A stretch of 20,000 nucleotides of DNA, from the NCBI GenBank assembly GCA_964490075.1, contig CAZBBK010000002.1, positions 165,393-185,392 on the forward strand, written 5' to 3'. Position 1 is the stretch's first letter, and each line of letters starts with the position of its first letter. Of this stretch, positions 10,301 to 17,857 are shown one piece after another. Under the pieces are notes generated by a model. The model did no database searches. It had not been told where the DNA came from and was given only the letters and a program-made list of their open reading frames with translations. Position numbers and translations under genes: made by a program. The stretch comes from an uncultured Gemmatimonadota bacterium. GTDB taxonomy: Bacteria; GCA-2686955.

Positions 10301-10551
10301 CAGGGCTGATCGGAGCCGTAGTGGATTCCGTCGTCGCCGGTGACGGGACGGGTGCTGCCGGCGTTGAAGGCGATCGTCGACTGCAGGGCGCGGCCGCCCT
10401 GGCGCGCGGCGGAGGAGGCCGACGGGGGGAGCGTCGCGAGCAGCAACGCGAAGACACGGGCGCCCTTGCGCACCGCGAGTCCGCGCTCTTCACGGAGCAT
10501 CGCCGAGGTATCACGGCGGGAGCGAGAACTCCCTGTCTTCATCAGCGTCAT
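7186..10551 (-). CDS. Secreted CotH-family kinase with an N-terminal malectin domain, an FN3-like segment and two lamin-tail domains
   Basis: Malectin: 'AFNAG…LYRRLR…YELTLRLLE…RVFDV.LDG…DLDLYA.AG'. CotH: 'RGHGSLEHPKKSFK', 'LNDEYAGVY..VE', 'NDD…HNF', 'PWDVD'. LTD: 'LVINEF…DWVELFNP…LFLTDD'. The start may be 10551 or 10500, and the last ~60 codons are doubtful. Confidence 0.85.
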   Translation of the reverse strand: MTLMKTGSSRSRRDTSAMLREERGLAVRKGARVFALLLATLPPSASSAARQGGRALQSTIAFNAGSTRPVTGDDGIHYGSDQPWEGGGEGGFIGGTLESFVQWWLHHDGSGDEFPLYRRLRGGNHRYRFAVHPGADYELTLRLLEPTLNGPTGRVFDVILDGEPWIEDLDLYALAGKARALDLRRHLVSTADTLDLAFLGVAGEPLIAAIALRRLTALPPTLPPVSLARAAPSWGGALLTWRSGADSLHDGYRVEVREQGASLLLEERRYLPWTVLPAGEDLRYSVFPIDAFGRDGDSVEVSGVEELTTSLLPGQSLAIDPADLIEMQLALPEKIRKPALLIAGDLERTGEVGYRGHGSLEHPKKSFKFRSDDGLVPQTYNLVSNFGDGSMLKEPLASAVMVLASVPAYSAELVRLMLNDEYAGVYTWVEDSDEEYLERVGLDPSGRSYESECNTEPQKDIERYLSCFENTQQEDLHRDDVVALLQGMVSTPPADLETWFRRELDIDLLIDYYASQVLLANDDFSGHNFILHRDRGGGPWRMLPWDVDAVLYDSTAPANLGTRDYPNNRDGWSLMLTMMLEIPSLSRRYLERLEEILDGPWTGIAQTFDSLATISVPDGLVDVAKASRERSNQYLDSIDDVWSRVQDREPALRASIDTLRPPAAVDLAINELIYDRSWNDQPGLLGPAAPRSVELHFRGRSPLRFEGIFLSDDPLAPRRWPVESDELFAGEYRLLRSPPIASGWLGLFVDEGAGLLLADSLTLPALPPGAAYGRLPDGCGRPTPLSHSSPAGRNRSARWGSLEAVVAQDLLPPQGIAEVELTLRAHWRSVEACSIAVHAYTEGGVWVREEPSDVVDFPALGPGALHSELFHIEVPSKRGRFDLAFRAVEPSGVAVDTALVSFFVLGTMPERLVINEFSAINRNGPRDEYGNRSDWVELFNPSADPIELDGLFLTDDPEDDPYRWALPERSMQPGELLVVWLDGDPGLGELHAGFKLDRDGERIALVAAGAAPDVLDRIPFGYQETDFSLGRYPDGAFNTWERFPNPSAGQPNAEPDLGPWVKPVRPAAAIRSRRRSARSRQGRSGRAHRPGRRRADRAPASAADRRPANARAHTRSRGRGR

Positions 10552-10557
10552 GCAGGC

Positions 10558-10565
10558 AGTATACT
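10558..10565. promoter_or_regulatory. Palindromic AGTATACT giving a TATACT -10 element on both strands between divergent genes
   Basis: The minus-strand TATACT lies 6 nt before ATG 10551. The plus-strand TATACT precedes the 10614/10968 genes. No good -35 element on either side. Confidence 0.45.
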
Positions 10566-10613
10566 CCGCCGTGGCCCGCGGGGCAGCCCCGAGGCCTGGA
10601 GAGCGTGGTTGTC

Positions 10614-10948
10614 ATGAGACGAAAACTTCCATCTTGCTGACCGTACTGCTCGTCGTCCTCGGCATCGCGCTAATCGTCTACCCGCTGCTCGAGCTCTGGT
10701 TCTTCTACGACGATCCACGCAACCATCGGGTCCCGGTCGCGCGCGCCTGGACGCGCGTCGCGGCCGCGCGGCGCCGCGCCTGGGTGCCCAGCTCGCGTTG
10801 CCCGGACTGCGGCAGCTCCGACGTCGAGGTCCTCGACCGCGGTTTCGCGTTCCTGCGCGGCTGGTTCAGCCGCACGCTGAACATGGGCTGCCCGAAGTGC
10901 CGGGTTCGCTGGCGGCAAGGGGGGCGGCGGGGAACGATCGAGATGTAG
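10614..10948 (+). CDS. Small single-TM protein with a CxxC…CxxC zinc ribbon; start ambiguous, possible 1-nt frameshift
   Basis: Hydrophobic ILLTVLLVVLGIALIVYPLL followed by CPDC…CPKC. The RBS-led ATG 10614 is out of frame. In-frame alternative starts are TTG 10634 or ATG 10550. Confidence 0.55.
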
Positions 10949-10967
10949 GGACGGACCAAGAAGAACG

Positions 10968-13388
10968 ATGCCCCTTCGCCGAAACCGCCCCCGGGGGCTT
11001 GCCGCGATCGCGACCCTTCTGCTCATGAGCGCTTGCGGTGAGCGGCCGGGAACGCGCTCCGATGCGGCCCTCGGATCGCTTCTGGACCGCGAGATCCGCC
11101 ACCTCGGGAGTCGACAGGAAGCCGAGCGCGTGCTCGGCCGCTGGGGATTCGAGCAGGGCCGCAGAGAGGGCTGGCGGCTGCGTTTGAACAAGGGGAGAGC
11201 GGTCCTGGAGGGCGTGGCGGACGCTCCCGATGACGCCGGCGGTGCCCTGGTGGTGCGTGCGCAGCCGCCTGGCGCGGACGCCCACGCCGAGATCCACGTC
11301 GCGGTGCGTCCCTCCACCGGCTATCGAATCAGCGCCCACCTGCGCACGCAAGAGCTGCTCCCCGAGGCGCGCCTCTTCGGCACTCTCTACACCGCCGAGC
11401 TCGCCTATTTCGACCTCCGGGGCGACCGCAACGATGCGCTGCGCTGGCACATCGAGCAGCCTCTCCTGAAGGGCACCAGCCGCACCTGGCGGGAGATCTC
11501 CTTCGATCTTCTGACCACGCCGCGCACCCGCATGTTGCGCATCGCCGTCCCCCTCGCCAATTGGGGCACGGCCTCCGGTGCCGTGATCTTCGACGACGTG
11601 CAAATCGTCGAGCTGGGCAACGCTGGAATCTCGACCGGCTCCGTCCCCACGAGGGTTCGTGACCAGCGGGCAATGGTGTTGGGGGAGAGCCGCCGGGCAC
11701 TGCGGGCCCCACCTCCCTCGGAGCTGCGGATCGCTCTGCGAATCCCCGCCGACGCCGAGCTCGCTCTCGGCATGGGGCTGGAGAGTGCAGGCCTGCGGGG
11801 TCGCCAGGGCGACGGTGTGCTCTTCTCGGTGGAGCTCGACCTGCAGGGCGAGACCCACGCGCTGCTACGCTCCCACCTCGGACGCGACGGAATTCTCGGC
11901 GAGCCGTGGCGCGATGCCACGATCCCGCTCTGGCAATTCTCCGGGGCCGAGGGCGAGCTCGTGCTCCGGACCCAGGCGTCGCCGGTTGGAGCTGTGAGCG
12001 TGGACCGTGCGGCCGACTTCGCCGTCTGGTCCGATCTGCGACTGTCGCAACCTGGCTCCATCGACGAAACCCGCGCGGCGCCCGCCATTCTGATGATCAC
12101 CATCGACACTCTGCGACCCGATCGACTCGGCTGCTACGGCCACCATGTCGCCACCTCTCCCGAGATCGACCGCTTGGCGCGCGATGCAGTGCGCTTCGAA
12201 AACGCCTTCACCACGATTCCCAGAACCTCGCCGGCCCTGGCTTCGCTGATGACCGGGCGCTACCCCCGCGATCACGGCGCCCGCAGCCTGCTCGACGCAC
12301 TTCCCGATTCCGCCACGACTCTGGCCGAAGAGCTGCGGATGCGCGGCTATTCGACCGCCGCGTTCGTCACCAAGAACGCCGCCGAGGACACCGGCCTGCT
12401 GCAGGGTTTCGATACCTTCGTCGACCACCGTGGGCTGCACGTGAACCATCCGGATGCCGGCGCGGCCCACCTCGCCGCGCGAGCGCGCCGCTGGCTCAGC
12501 GGCCGTCTTGGCGACAAGTTTTTCTGCTGGCTTCATGTCTGGGATCCACACTTCCAGTATCGCCCCGAAGAGCCGGATCGTTGTCGCTTCGATTCCACCT
12601 ACGGCGCCCACTTCGATCTCTACCAACGGATCGACACGGGAGAGCTGAGCCTGGGGCAGATCTACTTCGACAATCCGCTCTCGCAGCGCGATGTCGAGCA
12701 CGCAAAGGCGCTCTACGACGCCGAGATCGCCGCCACCGACCGGGCGATCGGTGAGCTACTCGCGGAGCTGCGGCGACTCGACCTCTACGACGCGACCCTG
12801 ATCGTGCTGACCTCGGACCACGGCGAGTCCTTGGGAGAGCACGACTACCATTTCGAGCACGGGGAGTTCCTCTACGACGAAACCTTGCGCATTCCATTGC
12901 TGGTGAAGTTGCCGGAGCAAGAGATGGGCGGCAGCTCGGTGTCGGCACCGACCAGCCTGATCGATCTCCACGCGTGGTTGCGAACCATCGGCACCGCAGA
13001 GATCGGGCCGCGGGCCATCGCCAGCCTGGTGTCGCAGGGAGCTTCCGAGGACGACTCGACGCGAGCGCTCTATGCGGAATCGGGGCGGCGCTTCTTTCCC
13101 GAAAACCCGCGGCGCGAAGTCGAGGGTCTGGCGGGCCGCTGGACCTGTGTGCGCCGGGGGCGATGGAAGCTGATCCGAATACCGCGGCTCGATTCGATCG
13201 ACTACGAGCTCTATGATCTGGATCGGGATCGCGAGGAGCTGGACGATCGCAGCGCCGAGCGACCGGCCGTGGTTGCCCGCCTGGCGGCGCTGCTCGAGAA
13301 CTGGTCCAAGGGGCGGCACAGCGAGCGGGAGACTCCGCTCGACCCGACGCAAGAGCGCCGCCTGCGTTCGCTCGGATACCTGGACTGA
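10968..13388 (+). CDS. Lipoprotein of the sulfatase/alkaline-phosphatase superfamily with N-terminal carbohydrate-binding-like beta-sandwich domains
   Basis: Lipobox LMSAC. Motifs 'ITIDTLRPD', 'PRTSPALASLMTGRYP', 'HVWDPH', 'TSDHGE', 'HG..LYDE.LRIPL', 'ELYDL..D..E', and C-terminal 'LRSLGY'. N-terminal 'VRPSTGYRISAHLRT…G.V.FDDV' resembles a CBM. Confidence 0.85.
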   Translation: MPLRRNRPRGLAAIATLLLMSACGERPGTRSDAALGSLLDREIRHLGSRQEAERVLGRWGFEQGRREGWRLRLNKGRAVLEGVADAPDDAGGALVVRAQPPGADAHAEIHVAVRPSTGYRISAHLRTQELLPEARLFGTLYTAELAYFDLRGDRNDALRWHIEQPLLKGTSRTWREISFDLLTTPRTRMLRIAVPLANWGTASGAVIFDDVQIVELGNAGISTGSVPTRVRDQRAMVLGESRRALRAPPPSELRIALRIPADAELALGMGLESAGLRGRQGDGVLFSVELDLQGETHALLRSHLGRDGILGEPWRDATIPLWQFSGAEGELVLRTQASPVGAVSVDRAADFAVWSDLRLSQPGSIDETRAAPAILMITIDTLRPDRLGCYGHHVATSPEIDRLARDAVRFENAFTTIPRTSPALASLMTGRYPRDHGARSLLDALPDSATTLAEELRMRGYSTAAFVTKNAAEDTGLLQGFDTFVDHRGLHVNHPDAGAAHLAARARRWLSGRLGDKFFCWLHVWDPHFQYRPEEPDRCRFDSTYGAHFDLYQRIDTGELSLGQIYFDNPLSQRDVEHAKALYDAEIAATDRAIGELLAELRRLDLYDATLIVLTSDHGESLGEHDYHFEHGEFLYDETLRIPLLVKLPEQEMGGSSVSAPTSLIDLHAWLRTIGTAEIGPRAIASLVSQGASEDDSTRALYAESGRRFFPENPRREVEGLAGRWTCVRRGRWKLIRIPRLDSIDYELYDLDRDREELDDRSAERPAVVARLAALLENWSKGRHSERETPLDPTQERRLRSLGYLD

Positions 13389-15571
13389 TGCCGCACTGGG
13401 GTCACTGGCGCCCTTTCCTGGTGGGCCTGGCCCTGGCGGTGGCGGTGGCGATTCCCGCCTGGATCGTACGCGACGAGCTGAACGCGCCGCCCGATCTGAA
13501 CGACACTCTGGTGCACCAGGCGCTCACCGACGCCGTGCTCGACGAGTGGCGGGCCGGTCGCTCGGGTCTCGATCCGTGGATCGCGGACTGGGCTTTCGGC
13601 TATCCGGTTCTGCATCACTATCAGCCAGGCGCCTATTGGATCACCGCCCTGGTGGCATGCGCCCTGCCCGGTGCACCTTCGGCGGCGCAGGTGCTGGATT
13701 GGATGACCTGGCTGCTGATCTCGCTCCATCCCGTGCTCATGTACTGGGCGCTGCGCTGGATCGGCATCGAGCGTTTCCCGGCGCTGGCCGGCGCCTCGTT
13801 CTCGTCCTTGGTGTCGTCGCCAGGGCTTTTCGGCTGGGAGCACGCCTCGTTCACCTGGGCCGGATCGGGGCTCTACGCACAGCTGGTGGCCTCGTGGTTC
13901 TATCCGCTCACTCTCGCGGCGGCCTACCGGGCGGTGGAGGGGAGCGGGCGCGTGTGGTTGGCGTCCGCCCTGCTGGCAGCAACATTTCTGGTACACCTGA
14001 TCTACGGATACATGGCCGCCATCGCTCTGGCCGCATTGGCGCTCCCGGTTTTCGGCGACGCGTTCACTTCGACCCGCGCGCGACGATCTCTGCTGCGCCG
14101 CTGCCGGCGGCTGGCCGCCATCTACGGTGGCACGGCGTTGCTCAGCGCGTTCTTCGTGATTCCCTTCCTGCTCGACCGGGAGTTCGTGCTGCACAGCCGC
14201 TGGGAGCCGCAGTGGAAATGGGATTCCCATGGATTCGGCGCGGCCTGGGACATTTTGCGCGCCGGGGATCTACTCGATGCCGGCTCCTTCAGCGTCGCCG
14301 GCGCACGCTTCGGCCGGCCGCCGGTGCTCGCCGTGCTGGCGCTCTTGGGCTTGATCGTCGGGCGCCGCTCTCGGCCTTTTGTGTTCTTGACGGCGACCTC
14401 ATTGGGCTGGTACCTGGTATCGTTCGGCCGCCCGACCTGGGGTTCGGCTCTGTCTGTGCTGCCCTTCTCGAGCGACTTGCACCTGCATCGAATGGTGGGG
14501 CCGCTGCAGCTTTTCGCTCCCGTGGCGGCGGGGGTCGGGGTGACGTGGACCCTGCAGCGTCTGCGCCGGTCTTCGACGGCGACAGCCCTTGGCGCACTTG
14601 CGCGGGTGGCCGGGGCGGCGTTGCTGGCGGCGGCGCTGGCGTCGGCGGTGCTCGAACGAGGCGCGACCGCAGAGCAGGCCCGGACCTGGAGTGCGCGCAC
14701 CCGCCGTGCGCTGACCGAACGCGCCGACCTGTTGGCGTCGATCGATCGACTGGGATCGGAAAGTGCCGCTGGAAGGCTCTTCGCCGGCCGGGCCCAGGAT
14801 TTCGGCAAGGGGTTCCAAATCGGCGATCTGCCCTGCTATGCGTTGCTGGCCGGGACCCGCACACCGGCTCTTTCCTATCTCTACATGGCGATGTCGCCGG
14901 CAGCGGATTTTTTGCCACTCTATGATCCCTGGCGCCTGGATCACAACGAGATCTTCGGTGTTTCGCGACAGATATTTCCCACGTCAGTCGCCGCTCCCGA
15001 GTTCGCGAGAGTTATCGACCAGGGCAGCGACTACCGTGTGCTGGCGCTTCCGACCAGCCCCTGGTTTTCGCTGGTGAATGTGGTAGCGAATCTGGCCGCG
15101 AGCAGTGAAGAAGAGCGCTATCAGGCCTGTCGCCACTGGCTGAAAAGCGAACGTCCGGGGCGCGGCGAGCTCTTCCGCATGATGCGGCGGGGGGGAGGCG
15201 GGGAGAAGAGCGTGCGCGCCCCTCGCGCGGCGCCGGGGCCGCCGCGCGGAACGATCGAGCAGATCGAAGTCGAGCCGGGGCGCTGGAGCGCGGAGATCGA
15301 GGTCGAGCAAGCGACACATCTACTGCTGAAGACGACCTTCCACCCGGGACTGGAGGCGGAGCTGGACGGCATGCCGGTGCCGGTCGAGGAGCTTTCGCTG
15401 CACTTCGCCGGGGTCGAGGTCGGCCCGGGCCGACACCGAGTGGTGGTGCGCTACCGGCCGCGGCGCTGGCGGGCGCCGCTGGCGGGTCTGGGGCTGGTGC
15501 TCTTCGCGCTCGGCTGCGGCGTCGAGGAGCTGCGCAGGAGGGCGATCAGCGCTCGTTCACCATCCGCCTGA
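13388..15571 (+). CDS. Multi-pass membrane protein, GT-C-like (PTPS-related/YfhO-like)
   Basis: TGATG coupling with the sulfatase-like gene. 'NDT..H', 'DPWIADWAFGYPVLHHYQPGAY', many TM segments, and a YfhO-like C-terminus 'FHPGLEAELDG…GVEVGPGRHRVVVRYRP' plus a final TM. Confidence 0.7.
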   Translation: MPHWGHWRPFLVGLALAVAVAIPAWIVRDELNAPPDLNDTLVHQALTDAVLDEWRAGRSGLDPWIADWAFGYPVLHHYQPGAYWITALVACALPGAPSAAQVLDWMTWLLISLHPVLMYWALRWIGIERFPALAGASFSSLVSSPGLFGWEHASFTWAGSGLYAQLVASWFYPLTLAAAYRAVEGSGRVWLASALLAATFLVHLIYGYMAAIALAALALPVFGDAFTSTRARRSLLRRCRRLAAIYGGTALLSAFFVIPFLLDREFVLHSRWEPQWKWDSHGFGAAWDILRAGDLLDAGSFSVAGARFGRPPVLAVLALLGLIVGRRSRPFVFLTATSLGWYLVSFGRPTWGSALSVLPFSSDLHLHRMVGPLQLFAPVAAGVGVTWTLQRLRRSSTATALGALARVAGAALLAAALASAVLERGATAEQARTWSARTRRALTERADLLASIDRLGSESAAGRLFAGRAQDFGKGFQIGDLPCYALLAGTRTPALSYLYMAMSPAADFLPLYDPWRLDHNEIFGVSRQIFPTSVAAPEFARVIDQGSDYRVLALPTSPWFSLVNVVANLAASSEEERYQACRHWLKSERPGRGELFRMMRRGGGGEKSVRAPRAAPGPPRGTIEQIEVEPGRWSAEIEVEQATHLLLKTTFHPGLEAELDGMPVPVEELSLHFAGVEVGPGRHRVVVRYRPRRWRAPLAGLGLVLFALGCGVEELRRRAISARSPSA

Positions 15572-16262
15572 GCCGCTCGACCTCGTCGGTGATGATGCCG
15601 TCGACGCCGAGGTCGATCAATCGCTCGAGCTCCGGCGTCTGGTTGGCGTCCCAGGGATGAACGGCAAGACCGGCCCCATGGGCCCTCTCGACCAACTCCG
15701 CCGTGGTCGCAGGGGCGTGGGGATGGATCGCGACTGCGCCCAGCGCAAGGGCGCGCTCGGGCCGGTGGTCGAGCACCGCCAGGGGCAGGCTTGGATCGAT
15801 CCTGCGCACACACTCCAGCACCCGCCGCGAGAAGCTGCTGATCAGCACCCGGTGCCGGGCCCCATGGTCGGAGATGATCCGCGCCAGGGAATCGCCCCAG
15901 CGCGACATCGCCTGGATGCCGGCCTTGATCTCGAGATTGAGCGTGAGCGTGTCCGGAAGGTCCGCGAGCACTTCCCGCAAAAGCGGAATCCGATCGCCCG
16001 TGGGATGGCCTCGAAACCACGCACCGGCGTCGAGCTCGCGCAGCAGGCGGGCATTGCGCAGGTGGACCCAGCCGAAGCCCGAGCTGGTCCGTCCCAGCGT
16101 GGCATCGTGGATCACCAAGAGCTCGCCGTCGCGGCTCAAGCGGAGATCGAGCTCCAGACCGTCCGCGCCGAGCTCGACGGCCCGGCGGAACGACGCCAGC
16201 GTGTTCTCGGGCTCGAGGCGCGGCACGCCGCGGTGGCCCAGCACCAGGGGTCTGCGGATCAT
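15546..16262 (-). CDS. Glycerophosphodiester phosphodiesterase (GDPD; UgpQ/GlpQ family), cytoplasmic
   Basis: 'GHRG…PENTLASF', 'GADGLELD…DG..LVIHD.TL.RT', 'LNLEIK', 'ISSF', 'GVDGIITD'. No signal peptide. Confidence 0.93.
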   Translation of the reverse strand: MIRRPLVLGHRGVPRLEPENTLASFRRAVELGADGLELDLRLSRDGELLVIHDATLGRTSSGFGWVHLRNARLLRELDAGAWFRGHPTGDRIPLLREVLADLPDTLTLNLEIKAGIQAMSRWGDSLARIISDHGARHRVLISSFSRRVLECVRRIDPSLPLAVLDHRPERALALGAVAIHPHAPATTAELVERAHGAGLAVHPWDANQTPELERLIDLGVDGIITDEVERLRRMVNER

Positions 16263-16423
16263 CGTCAGGGTCCGACATGGGGAGCGAAAGGTCGCGCGGA
16301 GGGTGGGGAGGAAGCTACCATGACGGTTGAGTCGCGCAGCCTGCCCTCGGATCGCCGTCGCTCACCAGCATCCGACCCGATGACCCAAGGCCGGTTTCGC
16401 GCCCCTAACCCGGAGGAGCGGGA

Positions 16424-17851
16424 GTGAAGATTCGACGACTGAAGCCGCGGGCAACGCTCAGCATGGCGGCCCTCGTAATCCTGAGTGGACCGGCCTGGGG
16501 GGGAGCCTGGGACTCCAACACCCACGCCGGCGCCGCCAAGGTGATCATCACGCCGTCCACCGACCCACTCGGTGTGCCGCACTACCTCGACGGCGGCCCG
16601 GTCTACATGGCCGGGTTCGAGAGCGGAAGGATCGCCACCGGCGTGCACGACGATCTCTTCGCGCGGGCCTTCGTGCTCGACATCGCCGGCACCCGCTTGG
16701 GCATCGTGACCCTCGACCTGGTCGGCTACATGGTCGAAGAGGTGCAGGATGTGCGCCGCCTGCTGCCCGCGCGCCTGGGCATCGATCACCTGATCGTGGC
16801 ATCGACGCACAACCACGAGGGCCCCGATACGATGGGCCTGTGGGGTTGGAACGACGACCTGTGGCCCTTCATCCATCCCGGGATCGACGATCTCTACCTC
16901 TTGACGCTCAAGCGCAAGATCATCGAGGCGCTGGAGATCGCCGTGAGCGATCTGCGCTGGGCCGGGCTGCGTGCCGCCACCACCTTCACCGACGAGCTCG
17001 ACCTGATCCGCGACACCCGCGAGCCGGAGATCATCGACCAGAAGCTCAGCGTGCTGCAGGCCGTGGCGCTGGGCGAGGAGAGCGAGGTGATCGCGACCCT
17101 GGTCAACTGGTCGAACCATCCCGAAGTGCTCTGGGACCAGAACACGCTCTTGACGGCCGACTATCCGGGCTACCTCTGCAACCGCGTGGAGGGGGAGTGG
17201 GGTGGCACCGCGCTCTTCATCTCCGGAGCGCTGGGCGGCTTGCTCACGCCCAAGGTGCCCGGCAACACCTTCGAGGAGGCCCAGGCCCTGGGCGAGGCGG
17301 TGGCCGATGCGGCGAGCGGCGCGCTGGGCGAGATCGGAGCGCTCGAGCTGAAGAACGAGATCGACATCCGCACCAATGAAGAGGTCGATCTCTTCCTTTT
17401 CAATCCGATGTTCCGGCTGCTCAACGAGCTCTGGCGACGCTCCTTCCGCACCATGCACAATTGCGGTCCCTTCGGCTGGTTCTGCCGCGATCTGCGCACC
17501 GAGGTGGACCTGGTCTCGATCGAGGGGCTGGCGCAGTTCCTCACCATCCCCGGCGAGATCGTGCCCGAGCTCTCCTACGATCTGCTGCGCGAGCTCAGCG
17601 CGCCCCACAGCTTCCTGGTGGGGCTCGGCAACGACGAGCTCGGCTACATCCTGCCGGTCTACAAGTACCGCTGCAACGAGGAAGATCCACGGCTCTGCTG
17701 GCCGACGACCGAGAAGGACTTCCAGTTCCCCGACGACTTCTTCGATCCCGGGGATCACTACGAGGAGACGGTTTCGGTCGGCCCCAACGCCGCGCCGGTG
17801 ATCATGAACGCGGCGTTCGATCTGATCGCCGCCTACGAGGCGGGGAGGTAG
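16424..17851 (+). CDS. Secreted neutral/alkaline-ceramidase-like Zn hydrolase (catalytic domain only), paralog 1
   Basis: GTG start after GGAGGAG, with a signal peptide. 'GAAKVIITP', 'GVHDDLFARAFVL', 'ASTHNHEGPD', 'NWSNHPE', 'PGE', 'GLGNDELGYI', 'HYEET'. Confidence 0.75.
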   Translation: MKIRRLKPRATLSMAALVILSGPAWGGAWDSNTHAGAAKVIITPSTDPLGVPHYLDGGPVYMAGFESGRIATGVHDDLFARAFVLDIAGTRLGIVTLDLVGYMVEEVQDVRRLLPARLGIDHLIVASTHNHEGPDTMGLWGWNDDLWPFIHPGIDDLYLLTLKRKIIEALEIAVSDLRWAGLRAATTFTDELDLIRDTREPEIIDQKLSVLQAVALGEESEVIATLVNWSNHPEVLWDQNTLLTADYPGYLCNRVEGEWGGTALFISGALGGLLTPKVPGNTFEEAQALGEAVADAASGALGEIGALELKNEIDIRTNEEVDLFLFNPMFRLLNELWRRSFRTMHNCGPFGWFCRDLRTEVDLVSIEGLAQFLTIPGEIVPELSYDLLRELSAPHSFLVGLGNDELGYILPVYKYRCNEEDPRLCWPTTEKDFQFPDDFFDPGDHYEETVSVGPNAAPVIMNAAFDLIAAYEAGR

Positions 17852-17857
17852 GCGACC

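Noticed and set aside
7186..10551. Sporulation function implied by the CotH name
   Set aside because: CotH kinases are widespread in non-sporulating bacteria, and the context is a diderm envelope.
8191..10617. 808-aa plus-strand ORF
   Set aside because: Antisense mirror of the CotH gene with no motifs of its own.
16263..16423. Riboswitch or ncRNA in the divergent spacer
   Set aside because: No recognisable aptamer consensus or terminator.
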